Shown: positions 1 through 9,145, numbered from the stretch's first letter. The stretch is 20,021 nucleotides of DNA from an uncultured Deinococcales bacterium (GCA_964247135.1 CAXTTL010000072.1:1-20021); one strand, 5' to 3'. Numbers and translations: made by a program. The notes: generated from the letters alone by a model not told the origin.

Positions 1-12
1 TTTTAAATCTTA

Positions 13-158
13 GAGCGTGTTTATGAAGTCCATTTTGAAAAAATTCTCAAGGGTTTGATGTAAAAATGGCTTTAAGCTCTAAGCTCCAAGGAACAGCGTT
101 TTTCGCTTGCAGCTTAAAGCTTGTAGCCCTGCTCGAGAAACCCTTTATAAACACGCTC
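13..158. mobile_element. Non-autonomous miniature inverted-repeat element (MITE), IS5-family-like ends (IS1031-group style)
   Basis: Perfect 12-bp terminal inverted repeats GAGCGTGTTTAT (13-24) and ATAAACACGCTC (147-158), extending inward with one mismatch. TTA lies on both flanks (10-12, 159-161), giving a 3-bp target duplication. No transposase ORF inside. Confidence 0.75.
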
Positions 159-228
159 TTAGATACTGGGTCGGGTGATTATCAAAAACTGGCTCGAGAA
201 TTGCGGATTCTTGCGGAGTTACGCCAAA

Positions 229-255
229 CAAAAAAGTGCGCCCCAAAGGCGCACT
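229..255 (-). terminator. Rho-independent terminator of the BON-LysM gene
   Basis: 8-bp stem AGTGCGCC (235-242)/GGCGCACT (248-255) with a 5-nt loop, followed on the minus strand by a T run (A run at 230-235), 17 nt past the stop at 273. Confidence 0.8.
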
Positions 256-272
256 GTTCGAGCTTATTAATT

Positions 273-980
273 TTAGCGCGGAATTTGAATCTTCTGACCA
301 ATTTTGATCAGGTTCACATCGTGAATGCCATTGGCTTTGGCAAGGGTATCAATGTCGCTCGAGTATTTGGTGGCAATGGCGGACAGCGTATCGCCACGTT
401 GTACCACGTACCATTCGTCTGGAATGTTAACGTAACCTGGGGCAGCCACCTTGGCAGCCTCTTCGGCTTTGGCGGCTTCGTGTTTTTGTTTTGCACCCTC
501 GACAATTTGCAGGTCGTTGGCGTTGACGCCAGTCACGCCCGAAACGGCGCTGGCAATTTGTACCGCCAAGCGGTACTCGTGGTCGGAGTCTACCGCACCG
601 CGCAACACCACTTCGCTGCCAGATTGCAACACGTCAATTGGGTTGTTGGAAAGCTCGCCGTTGCTGCTGATGTCGTGATACACCGATTTGGCGATGGCGC
701 TGGCGTCGATGGCGGCTTGAACTTGGGTTTCGTCAACGGGTGGCACGGTTTCTGGTTCGTTTTGTTCGACGCCGACCATTCCAGTGTCAACATTTTTAAC
801 GCCATTGATGCCTGAGGCAATCGAAGTCAACAGTTTGATCACCGCTGGGTTTGAAACAACACCCTGAAACTTGACAGTTCCTTGAGATTCGTCAACCGTA
901 ATGGGTTGTGAGAGAATATCGGGATACTTCTTCATTTCTTCTTCAACGCGTTGCTTGATGCTTTTCCCAAATGGCCACAT
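273..980 (-). CDS. Tandem BON-domain plus C-terminal LysM protein (Kbp/YgaU-like), 235 aa
   Basis: Two BON-like segments (ITVDESQGTVKFQGVV...GINGVKNV; IDVLQSGSEVVLRGAV...VSGVTGV) and a LysM motif (YVVQRGDTLSAIA...NGIHDVNLIKIGQKIQIP). Start moved to ATG 980 (MWPFGK) because GGAGG lies just upstream. Confidence 0.88.
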   Translation of the reverse strand: MWPFGKSIKQRVEEEMKKYPDILSQPITVDESQGTVKFQGVVSNPAVIKLLTSIASGINGVKNVDTGMVGVEQNEPETVPPVDETQVQAAIDASAIAKSVYHDISSNGELSNNPIDVLQSGSEVVLRGAVDSDHEYRLAVQIASAVSGVTGVNANDLQIVEGAKQKHEAAKAEEAAKVAAPGYVNIPDEWYVVQRGDTLSAIATKYSSDIDTLAKANGIHDVNLIKIGQKIQIPR

Positions 981-1208
981 AAAGTACCTCCAAATAATTT
1001 TTTGCTGCCCGCCAAGTCTACTCGAATCAAATGACAATTGTCGAAAATGAATCCTTGATTAAGGACGAATTTAAGAAACCTGGACGTGAAGAAAATATCA
1101 CAGGTTTGTAATGTTTTCATCAACTGAAGGTGAGCGATTGGGAACGAACCATATGCTGTTCGCAACTTGGGGCAGCACACTTCTCGAGAAATATTCATAG
1201 ACTCGAGC

Positions 1209-3620
1209 TTAATTTGCAGTTTCAAAAGCCAGATTATTCGCCAAGCCACGCAACAAAGCGCTGGCGGCTTCGGTGGTCAAGCTCGAGCCAGGTTTGACGC
1301 TGAGCAAGGCAATGGCGTTAGCACTGACATCTCGAGCGTCAAGGGCAACAACGGGGAGCTGAATTTGGGTTGGGTTGGATTTTTGGCTGGCGGTGGCTTC
1401 AAGGCTAAAGTTAATCTCGTAGCCAAGGCGGTCCAGAGGATTGGTCAAACCTGAAACGCCGATTGGATCGGTGCAGTTGGCAAATTTCACTGCCAGGCTG
1501 CATTCTTCACGCGCAACCTCGAGTGCCATCTCGAGCAGGCTGCCAGAATTTTTGGCGGTCCTCAATTGCACCAAGACGCTGGCGTTCGGCTCGCTAAAGC
1601 TGGAAATCTCGAGGGTGTCGCCAACCGTCGCAAGGACACGGTAGCCGCTCGAGAATCGGATTTTGAGCGCCTTGTTGAAGTTGGCGCTCGCCCAGTCTGT
1701 CGGGATGGGTTTGGCGGGTTTTGCCGCCACCATTTCGGGTCGGACTCCAAAGGCGCTGCTGTCGTCGGTTAAGCCGTACAGGCTAAACGTGCCGCCAGCC
1801 CCCAAGGTTCCCGCGCCGACCAGCAACCGCGTGCCGTCTGGACTGAACGCCAACGCCGAGGTCGAATCGGTGTGGTTGGTCAGGCTGTAAAGAATTTTTC
1901 CAGTGCTCGAGTCCAGTAAACGCAGCGTGCCGTCCGTGGCGGACACCGCAACGCTTTTCCCATCTGGAGAATAGCGAACCGAGAGCGGCGAGGCGCTGGC
2001 AAGTTGGGTTTTCCAGAGGGTTTTACCACTGATTTGCATGGCTTGAATCGCGCCGTCGTTTGAACCGACAATCATGGTTTGAGCATCAAACGAAAGGTCC
2101 AACGCGCGAATGCCTGCCTCGAGACGCTCGAGGTTGGTTTTGACTTGCCCAGAGCTGGCAATCAGGGTTTTGATCGTACCGTCACTTCCATAAATCAGCA
2201 CATGATTGCCATCGGGCGTCCAGGTCAGACCTGCCAGGTTTTCGTCTTGCAAACTTTCAAACGTGGCAAGGCTTTTAAACGCGAGGGCATCAAAGACATT
2301 GATTTTACCGTTCGAGCCTGAAAAAGCGAATTTCTTGCCGTCGGGGCTGTACGCCAGTCCGGCTATCGGTTCGTCGTTGTTGTTGAAATCGTTTTTTAGG
2401 CTGCCCGTCGTTAAATCCCAGAGTTTGACATGTCCAAAATCGTCACCAGAAAGCAGACTCTTGCCGTTGGGCGCAAAAGCGATGTTGGTTTGCCAGGCTG
2501 GAAAGTCCGATTTCAGGGTTTGTGAGAGCGTGTTGTCCGCCGCCTTCCAAATCAAAATATCGGTTTCATTGGCGATGGTGGCGTAGATGGTTCCGTCGTT
2601 TGAATACACCGCACTTTTTAACCTCGAGGGCGTGCCCGAAAATGCAAAGTTTTGTTTTTTGTTTGCAGCATCCCAACCCCTGACCAGACCGTCCACCCCT
2701 CCAGAGGCGATGGTTTTGGAATCGAGCCAGATCACGCTGTTGATACCGTCGGCGTGCTTGCCGATTAAGGCAAAAGCATTGTTGTGATCCAAATCGATCA
2801 GACGAATCACATAGTCGGATGCGGCGATGGCAATGCGCTTTCCGGCGCTGTCCCAAGCGAACGAAAAAATCTGACGGTCGTCTTTGGAGGTGATAACTTT
2901 TGCGGTCCATTTTGGCGCAGTCCACAAGCGCACCGAGTTGTCGCCCACGGTGGCAAGGCTGGCAGAATTGGGGCTGAAGCCAAGTTGACGGATGGTGCTC
3001 TGCCCACTTTTTAAGGCTTTGATCGGTTCGCCGTTTACATTCCAGATGCGCAGACCGCCCTCATCATCGCCGCTGGCGAGCATTTTGCCGTTGGGGGAGT
3101 AGGCTAGGGCTTCGACGATTTCGTTGTGACCCTTTAAGGTTCGCAGCAATTTGCCAGATTCGGTGTCAAACACCCGCACCAGTTTGTCATCGCCGCCGAC
3201 GGCAAAACTTTTGCCGTCTGGACTGAAGGTCGCAATGTTTAAGTCAATGCTGCCCACCGCAATGGTGCGCACCACCTGACCCGTGCCAACCTGCCAGATT
3301 TTGGCGGTGTTGTCGTAGCTCGAGGTCAGCAGGTATTTGCCGTCACCGCGCCAGGACACGCTCGAGACAAAACCACGGTGTCCGATCAGGCTGTAAAGAA
3401 GTTTGCCACTTTGGACATCAATGACATGGACGTAACTCGAGGTGGCAAAGGCAATTTGCTTGCCGTCAGGACTTTTCACCAGTTGCGTCACCGTGCCACG
3501 GTGCGCACTGAGCGTGGCTTTGAGCGTGAAGTTGGCAAAATCGAGCGCCAAGACATGACTGGTCAAGAGGCTGAGCACGAAACTCGAGACGACGCCCAAA
3601 AACAATAATTTATTTTTCAC
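1209..3620 (-). CDS. Secreted WD40-repeat protein (about 14 repeats) with an uncharacterised C-terminal domain
   Basis: Signal peptide (MKNKLLFLGVVSSFVLSLLTSHVLA), repeated GH...SPDG...D.TVRIWD units and a Pro/Ala linker before a C-terminal domain of about 160 aa. GTG start with TAGTCT 7 nt upstream. Confidence 0.9.
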   Translation of the reverse strand: MKNKLLFLGVVSSFVLSLLTSHVLALDFANFTLKATLSAHRGTVTQLVKSPDGKQIAFATSSYVHVIDVQSGKLLYSLIGHRGFVSSVSWRGDGKYLLTSSYDNTAKIWQVGTGQVVRTIAVGSIDLNIATFSPDGKSFAVGGDDKLVRVFDTESGKLLRTLKGHNEIVEALAYSPNGKMLASGDDEGGLRIWNVNGEPIKALKSGQSTIRQLGFSPNSASLATVGDNSVRLWTAPKWTAKVITSKDDRQIFSFAWDSAGKRIAIAASDYVIRLIDLDHNNAFALIGKHADGINSVIWLDSKTIASGGVDGLVRGWDAANKKQNFAFSGTPSRLKSAVYSNDGTIYATIANETDILIWKAADNTLSQTLKSDFPAWQTNIAFAPNGKSLLSGDDFGHVKLWDLTTGSLKNDFNNNDEPIAGLAYSPDGKKFAFSGSNGKINVFDALAFKSLATFESLQDENLAGLTWTPDGNHVLIYGSDGTIKTLIASSGQVKTNLERLEAGIRALDLSFDAQTMIVGSNDGAIQAMQISGKTLWKTQLASASPLSVRYSPDGKSVAVSATDGTLRLLDSSTGKILYSLTNHTDSTSALAFSPDGTRLLVGAGTLGAGGTFSLYGLTDDSSAFGVRPEMVAAKPAKPIPTDWASANFNKALKIRFSSGYRVLATVGDTLEISSFSEPNASVLVQLRTAKNSGSLLEMALEVAREECSLAVKFANCTDPIGVSGLTNPLDRLGYEINFSLEATASQKSNPTQIQLPVVALDARDVSANAIALLSVKPGSSLTTEAASALLRGLANNLAFETAN

Positions 3621-3679
3621 GCCATTCAGACTACCGCACTATTTTGAAAGTCTTCTGGGTTAGCCAAAAACCATGTTGT

Positions 3680-4255
3680 TCACGAACCGTTTTGCACGGA
3701 GGCTCGAGGGCTGATGGCTTGATTGAGGTTGAGGTGGTTGAAAAGATAATGCGCCAAAATGGCGGGTTCGACGCTGCCAGAACCCAGTGTTACCAGTGCC
3801 ATCAGTACGCCGACCAGCGCCGTCCAGAGCGGATAAGCCCAGGCTTTGGCGGGGGCTGGATGAAAAGCCGCAAAAACGGCTGCCTGAGCCAGCACCGCCA
3901 GCCAGACGGGCAAAAATTTGACGCCCAATGCCAGCAAGAATCCGCGAAAGAACAATTCCTCGCCCAAGGAACTGGTCAGCGCCAAAAAAAACGCCCACAA
4001 GCCGTTCAAACCCAAACCCTGCATGATCCCCTCGAGCATCCCGCCGGCGAAGCTAAAACTTGGGATAAAACGCTCAAAAAAAGCCGACAAAAAAGCTATC
4101 GAAAAAAAAGCGGTCAGGGCGGCAAAACCCAGTATCTCGGGCGGCAGGTCGGTAAAGTCAACGCCCAACCACAGGCTGCCAAAAAAACCGATCAAGCCCA
4201 GAATCAAACCTGGCATGGCAAGCAGCAATTTGATGTTGACCCGTTTGAATCGCAC
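3680..4255 (-). CDS. CPBP (Abi/CAAX type II) intramembrane glutamic/metallo-endopeptidase
   Basis: Multi-TM protein with motifs GEELFFRG, FAAFH and AHYLFN. Start placed at GTG 4255, 7 nt downstream of TATACT (the ORF track starts at TTG 4276). Confidence 0.88.
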   Translation of the reverse strand: MRFKRVNIKLLLAMPGLILGLIGFFGSLWLGVDFTDLPPEILGFAALTAFFSIAFLSAFFERFIPSFSFAGGMLEGIMQGLGLNGLWAFFLALTSSLGEELFFRGFLLALGVKFLPVWLAVLAQAAVFAAFHPAPAKAWAYPLWTALVGVLMALVTLGSGSVEPAILAHYLFNHLNLNQAISPRASVQNGS

Positions 4256-4306
4256 GCGATTGAGTATACGGGTCAAGCAAGAATCTCGAGCGACCAGAAT
4301 GACAAT

Positions 4307-5923
4307 CTAAATCTCGAGCAGTTTGATCTCGTACTGAATTCGCCGAGAGCGACCTTTGGGCAAATCCAAATCCCAGAGCGGCAAAATCAGGATCGAATCT
4401 GGTTTTTGAAAACTCCAGACCAGATTCTCGCGTCCACAATGAAGGCGCAGCTCGAGTCCGACACTGTTTTGCCGCACACCGAGGCTTTGGGTGCTGCGGT
4501 GCTCGAGGTTTAAATTTTGGCTTAAAATTTCTGTTGATCCCGAAATCAGGGCAACATCTTGACCCACAAGCTCGAGTTCCCAAGCCGAACCGAAACGGGT
4601 CACGATGTCCCAGTGTCCGTGGTTGGTCAATCGGTAAATGATCTCGAGTTTGGATTCTTTGGGGAAAATTCGGATCGCTTTTTTGATTTCAACGGCTACC
4701 GGCACACCCAAAGGACCGCGAACCGTGCCAGCGCGGGTCATGGTCACGCGGTCACGGTATTTGCTGGCTTCAAAAGGCGTGCCCAGAAAATCGCCAAGTT
4801 CCAGGGTCTGTCCCGCCGCAAAACGCTGCATTGACTCTTCGGCGCCAATAAAATGATCGGACAGCGCCCGAGCCACCAAATTCAGGTTGCGGTGTCGATC
4901 ATCAAACTCGAGTATGTTTCCGCCGTGACTCGGTTTAAAGTACAAGTTCATGGTGTTGGCTTCCGCCAGAACCTCATCGCTGCCGTCGCAATCAAAATCG
5001 AGCAGCTCAATCTCGAGCCAGGAATACTTGTGCGGCTCGAGGATATTCTCGCTTTGAATGATGTTTTGATAGGCTTCGGAATGCAGCTGCGGTTGCTCGA
5101 GGAGGCTGGCTTGCTGGGCTTGGTACAAGAACCGATACGCCTCTTCGGGAACCCGAAATTGCGAATTGAGTTTTGCCGAAGCCCTGGCGATGCGTTTGTG
5201 AAGCCAGTTGATTTGCGGATTTGCCAACAGTTCGCGCCACGGCTGGGCACGGTTCCAACTCGGTTTTGGGTAAATGAGCGCTTGGGGTGTTTGCGTGTCG
5301 ATGATCTGCGAGCACAATTTGGTGACCTCGAGTTGAGATATTAAAGTTTCAATTGCCAAAATAGATTCGTTGGAGTCTTCCAACTCAAGCACCACGGTCT
5401 GCACTTGATCTCGAGGCTCGAGATTTGGATGATTCGGCAAGCCAGCATCAAAGCCAAACAAACGCAAGGTTTTGCCGCCCTCTTCGGTGATCCACAAGCC
5501 CGCATGGCGCTCGAGTTGCGCGGTGCTTAAGAACGTGAATTCAAAACCCGCAGAAATCAGCACACTGGCAATCTGGCTCTCCCAGGCGCAATCGAGCAGC
5601 CAAACCCCGCGCGTGAAAACGCCAAACATCTGCTCGAGCACAGCAGAATATTGTTTTAATTGCGCGGCGGCATCCGGCTTGGGAATCAGCGGCAGCCACG
5701 GTTCAAACATCGCGCCGCCCAGCAGTTCGAGTTTTTTGATCTCGAGCAAGGTCTTAACTCGAAATTGCAATGCTGGGCTGATGGATTCCAGCACGTTTCG
5801 GGAAAGGTACATCTGCGCCGTCGCGCCAGCATTGGACTCGAGCAAACCTAAAAGCTGTTCAAAACGCCCAGACGCCAGCAAACTCTTTTGCCGCACCAAA
5901 AAAACCAGACAGACCGCATTCAC
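4307..5923 (-). CDS. GH57 alpha-amylase/4-alpha-glucanotransferase-like protein with DUF1926-like C-terminal domain; catalytic motifs degenerate
   Basis: ELLGGAMFEPWLPLIP, FG...RGVWL...WE, NWLHKR, DFDCDGSDEV, FKPSHGGNILEFD and DHF match GH57 4-alpha-glucanotransferases. Start at GTG 5923 with GAGGAG RBS (ATG 5956 is the alternative). Confidence 0.8.
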   Translation of the reverse strand: MNAVCLVFLVRQKSLLASGRFEQLLGLLESNAGATAQMYLSRNVLESISPALQFRVKTLLEIKKLELLGGAMFEPWLPLIPKPDAAAQLKQYSAVLEQMFGVFTRGVWLLDCAWESQIASVLISAGFEFTFLSTAQLERHAGLWITEEGGKTLRLFGFDAGLPNHPNLEPRDQVQTVVLELEDSNESILAIETLISQLEVTKLCSQIIDTQTPQALIYPKPSWNRAQPWRELLANPQINWLHKRIARASAKLNSQFRVPEEAYRFLYQAQQASLLEQPQLHSEAYQNIIQSENILEPHKYSWLEIELLDFDCDGSDEVLAEANTMNLYFKPSHGGNILEFDDRHRNLNLVARALSDHFIGAEESMQRFAAGQTLELGDFLGTPFEASKYRDRVTMTRAGTVRGPLGVPVAVEIKKAIRIFPKESKLEIIYRLTNHGHWDIVTRFGSAWELELVGQDVALISGSTEILSQNLNLEHRSTQSLGVRQNSVGLELRLHCGRENLVWSFQKPDSILILPLWDLDLPKGRSRRIQYEIKLLEI

Positions 5924-6011
5924 AAATAACGCTCCTCGAGACTCGTGTTCAAACATGGTACACGATCAAAAATGCTTGAAACTATTACCGTGATTGTATC
6001 GTAATGTTCTT

Positions 6012-6494
6012 ATGACGCTGATTGCTGGAATTTTATTTGTGATCTTGTGGCTTGGCGGCGTTGCAGCCACGTTTTTTCCTGTTGTGCCCGCGACCATCAT
6101 CATTTGGCTTGCGGCGCTGGCTCACGCGCTGATCACAGGCTTTGACCCGATCAACTGGACGTTCCTGATCGGTTTGGCGCTGGTCGGCAGCAGCGCTTTC
6201 GTGATCGACAACCTGGCGGCAGCCTGGGGCGCCCGCAAGTTTGGCGGCTCGAGCGCGGCGGGTTGGGGCGCGTTGCTGGGCGGACTTGCGGGTATTTTTG
6301 TGCTGCCACCGTTCGGTTTTTTGATCTGCCCAGTGCTCGGTGCCATTGCGCTCGAGATGGTGGTTTCAAAAAAGTCTTTTGAACAGGCGGCAAAAAGTGG
6401 CATCGGAACCCTGGTCGGAATGCTCGGCGGCATCGGATTAAAATTGTTGGTGCATCTGGCAATGGGCATCATGGTGATCATCAAAATCTTGTAG
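6012..6494 (+). CDS. DUF456 family membrane protein
   Basis: Hydrophobic protein with the typical P.VP, D..A...GARKFGGS, GA..GG..G...P.G...P..GA...E pattern. ATG at 6012 chosen over TTG 5994. Confidence 0.85.
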   Translation: MTLIAGILFVILWLGGVAATFFPVVPATIIIWLAALAHALITGFDPINWTFLIGLALVGSSAFVIDNLAAAWGARKFGGSSAAGWGALLGGLAGIFVLPPFGFLICPVLGAIALEMVVSKKSFEQAAKSGIGTLVGMLGGIGLKLLVHLAMGIMVIIKIL

Positions 6495-6508
6495 AATCAA
6501 AGCCCGAG

Positions 6509-7207
6509 ATGAAACCTTCAGACCAAAAATTTGACCTTCAACCCCGCCCAGCGCGGGGCGTTTTTTTGCTGCTCGGCGCGAGTGGAAGCGGCAAGGGAAC
6601 GGTTGCCAAACAATTGCTGGCGCTCGGAATTGCCAAACACCACATTTCGATGGGAGATTTGCTGCGCGGCATGATTGAACGGATTCAAAGCGACCCAAAT
6701 GAACGAATGAAGCTCGAGCAGCAATTGCCCGATCCGATCCCGAACGGTTTCTCGAGCAAAGTGACGTACCTCGAGCATTGCGTTCGTCACGGTTTATTGA
6801 TTCCCGATTCTTGGACTGAGTTGGTGATTGAATTTGAACTGGCGAACAGACCAGAACTTCAAACGCAACCCTGGATTCTGGACGGCTACCCGAGACGAAT
6901 CCAAGCCGCCAAGCATTTGCTCAAAGGTTTGGGCAAACTCGAGATTCCTGTGCTGGCGGTGATTCACCTCTGCATTTCACTGATTGACATGCAAAAACGC
7001 TTGCTGGCTCGAGGGCGCAGCGACGACACGCCACAAGCCATCGGTAACAGGTTCAAGTTTTATCAAGATCATGTCCTGCCGACCCTTGGGTTTTTGGGCA
7101 ACCACGTGAAATTGCTCGAGGTTGATACCCATACCCTTGAAACCTCGAGTCCAGAGCAGGTTGTGCTGACGCGGGTTTTGAAGGCGCTCGAGTCTGGAAG
7201 GACTTAA
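6509..7207 (+). CDS. Adenylate kinase / nucleoside monophosphate kinase family protein, short LID, with an insert in the NMP-binding domain
   Basis: P-loop GASGSGKGT, HISMGDLLR, GLLIPD, ILDGYPR and RGRSDD. Confidence 0.88.
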   Translation: MKPSDQKFDLQPRPARGVFLLLGASGSGKGTVAKQLLALGIAKHHISMGDLLRGMIERIQSDPNERMKLEQQLPDPIPNGFSSKVTYLEHCVRHGLLIPDSWTELVIEFELANRPELQTQPWILDGYPRRIQAAKHLLKGLGKLEIPVLAVIHLCISLIDMQKRLLARGRSDDTPQAIGNRFKFYQDHVLPTLGFLGNHVKLLEVDTHTLETSSPEQVVLTRVLKALESGRT

Positions 7208-7248
7208 AAACCCAACATCGCTCATGCCGCTCGGGTATGATTCAATTA

Positions 7249-8643
7249 ATGCTGAAAAGCGTTCTCTCACGTTTACCACTGGAACCTCGAGCCAAACCCC
7301 ACACGCTCGAGCAACGCCCTTTGCGCATTGCAGTCTTTACCGACGTGTACTTGCCGCAAATCAATGGCGTTGTAACAAGCGTCACCAACATGGTCGAAGG
7401 TTTGCGCGAACTCGGGCACGAGGTCACGATTGTGGCGCCCAAACACCCGCAGCAATTGCCTGAGCCTGGCGTGATTCGACTGCGCTCCACGGTGTACCGA
7501 CCTCAACCCGAGCAGCGCTGGGCGTTTCCGCCGAGTTTGCGCAAAATGTGGCAATTTTCAAAACTCAATTTTGATGTGATTCACACGCACGGCGCCCTGA
7601 TGCCAATATTGGCGCTCGGGGTCGGCAGGTTGCTGAGCATTCCGGTGGTGCACACCTACCACACCAGATTTCGGGACTACATTCATTACGCACCGTTTTA
7701 CGCGACCCTGTCGTGGTTGATGACCAGTGAACGCTGGTACGCCCGAAGCACCAAAACTGGGCGGCGCGTCACCAGACAACTCAAAAAAGGCTTGGATTTG
7801 AGCACCAAAACCCTGTTCGCCGTGGCGGACGTCTGGTTTTGCAACCGTTGTTTAGAGCTGATCGCGCCCGCCACCCAAATGGCGCTCGAGTTGGATCAAA
7901 TGGGCGTCAGAACCCGTGTGACGGTCGTGCCGAACGGCATCGATTTGGAGCGCCTGACCGCCCCGCAAGCCGATCCTTTCCCAGCTTTGGGCGTTCCGCC
8001 AGGCACGAAGCGTTTATTGACCGTCTCGAGGTTGGGCAAAGAAAAAAGTGTTGATGCTTTGCTGGATCGTTTTAAATTGATTCACAGCCAACGTCCAAAT
8101 TCGCGGCTGGTGATCGTCGGTGACGGACCTGAACGCAAGAACCTCGAGCATCTGAGTTTGGAACTGGGTTTGAAAGACGCCGTTATTTTCACGGGTTACG
8201 TCAACGCCTCGGGCGTCGGCGCGTACTATCAACACGCCGATGTTTTCGTGTTTGCCAGCACCAGCGAAACCCAGGGGTTGGTGGCGCTCGAGGCGGCGGC
8301 TTGCGCTTGTCCGGTGGTGGCTCGAGCCGAGATGGGCATTATTTCTTGCGTCTTGGATGGCGAAACCGGATTTTTGGTGCAAAAAAACGACAAACAAGCC
8401 TTTGCCGAAAAGACAGTCCAATTGATGACCGATTCGGAGCTTCGGGCAAAATTCTCGAGCCGTGCCGCGATTTGGGCAGCCCAGGAAGGATCGCATCGCA
8501 CCATGACCAACCGCATTCTTGAAGTTTACAAACGCGCCATCGTCGAGTTTGAGGGTTACGACGACCTGGGCTTGCCGCCAGAATTTAGCAATCTCGAGGT
8601 CGTACCAAATACCGTCGATCAACAGCTCGAGAGGTTCAAATGA
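7249..8643 (+). CDS. GT4 glycosyltransferase, 1,2-diacylglycerol 3-glucosyltransferase-like
   Basis: FTDVYLPQINGVVTSV, HTYHT, VPNGID, SRLGKEK, VGDGP and ADVFVFASTSETQGLVALEA. Start at ATG 7249, 7 nt after TATGAT (ORF track starts at 7237). Confidence 0.9.
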   Translation: MLKSVLSRLPLEPRAKPHTLEQRPLRIAVFTDVYLPQINGVVTSVTNMVEGLRELGHEVTIVAPKHPQQLPEPGVIRLRSTVYRPQPEQRWAFPPSLRKMWQFSKLNFDVIHTHGALMPILALGVGRLLSIPVVHTYHTRFRDYIHYAPFYATLSWLMTSERWYARSTKTGRRVTRQLKKGLDLSTKTLFAVADVWFCNRCLELIAPATQMALELDQMGVRTRVTVVPNGIDLERLTAPQADPFPALGVPPGTKRLLTVSRLGKEKSVDALLDRFKLIHSQRPNSRLVIVGDGPERKNLEHLSLELGLKDAVIFTGYVNASGVGAYYQHADVFVFASTSETQGLVALEAAACACPVVARAEMGIISCVLDGETGFLVQKNDKQAFAEKTVQLMTDSELRAKFSSRAAIWAAQEGSHRTMTNRILEVYKRAIVEFEGYDDLGLPPEFSNLEVVPNTVDQQLERFK

Positions 8644-9125
8644 AACGCGTCTTCCTATTCTTGCTGGTTTTATGCTCAATCTCTGGAATCGCCCGAGCCG
8701 AGGAAACCAAATTTAGCATCGGTGCAAGCCTGACGGGTTCTGGAGTCTTCACGGGTTCGGGCGTGACCGAAACGGGTTTGCCTGGCGACATTGGCTTTGC
8801 CGTACAAGTCGAAGCCTGGAATGTGATTGCCCAGCAGGTCGGGATACGCGCCAGGGTCGGCTCGAGTTGGATTGAGGCGGGCGTGCAGTGGCATCTGGAC
8901 CTGTCATCGCAGGTCAACATTGTCTTTGGGCTGGCGGTCGGCTATTTCTGGGCTGACACCTGGGCGCTCTTTGGCAACGCCGGACTGGAGTATCACCCCG
9001 CCTGGTTGCAAAACACGTTCCTCGAGCCGGTCACGTTCTTTTTCGAGTACGGTTTGAGTTACTCTGCGAACTTGAACACCAAATTGCGCTCGAGTTTGGC
9101 GCTGGGCATCCTCTTCTTTATTTAA
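8640..9125 (+). CDS. Exported hypothetical protein, probable small outer-membrane beta-barrel
   Basis: Signal peptide ending ARA|E, alternating Gly/aromatic-rich strands (GLEY, FFEYG, ALGILFFI at the C-terminus), and ATGA overlap with the GT4 stop. Confidence 0.65.
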   Translation: MKRVFLFLLVLCSISGIARAEETKFSIGASLTGSGVFTGSGVTETGLPGDIGFAVQVEAWNVIAQQVGIRARVGSSWIEAGVQWHLDLSSQVNIVFGLAVGYFWADTWALFGNAGLEYHPAWLQNTFLEPVTFFFEYGLSYSANLNTKLRSSLALGILFFI

Positions 9126-9145
9126 TTTCTGGGTAGAATCTGAAG

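Noticed and set aside
66-815. 249-aa plus-strand ORF beginning inside the MITE
   Set aside because: Antisense shadow of the BON-LysM gene that runs through its terminator; no transposase or other motif.
3644-4513. 289-aa plus-strand ORF, and similar long antisense ORFs at 8014-8679, 9122-9784, 13644-14567 and 15435-16112
   Set aside because: Each lies opposite a gene with clear family motifs and has no recognisable features of its own.
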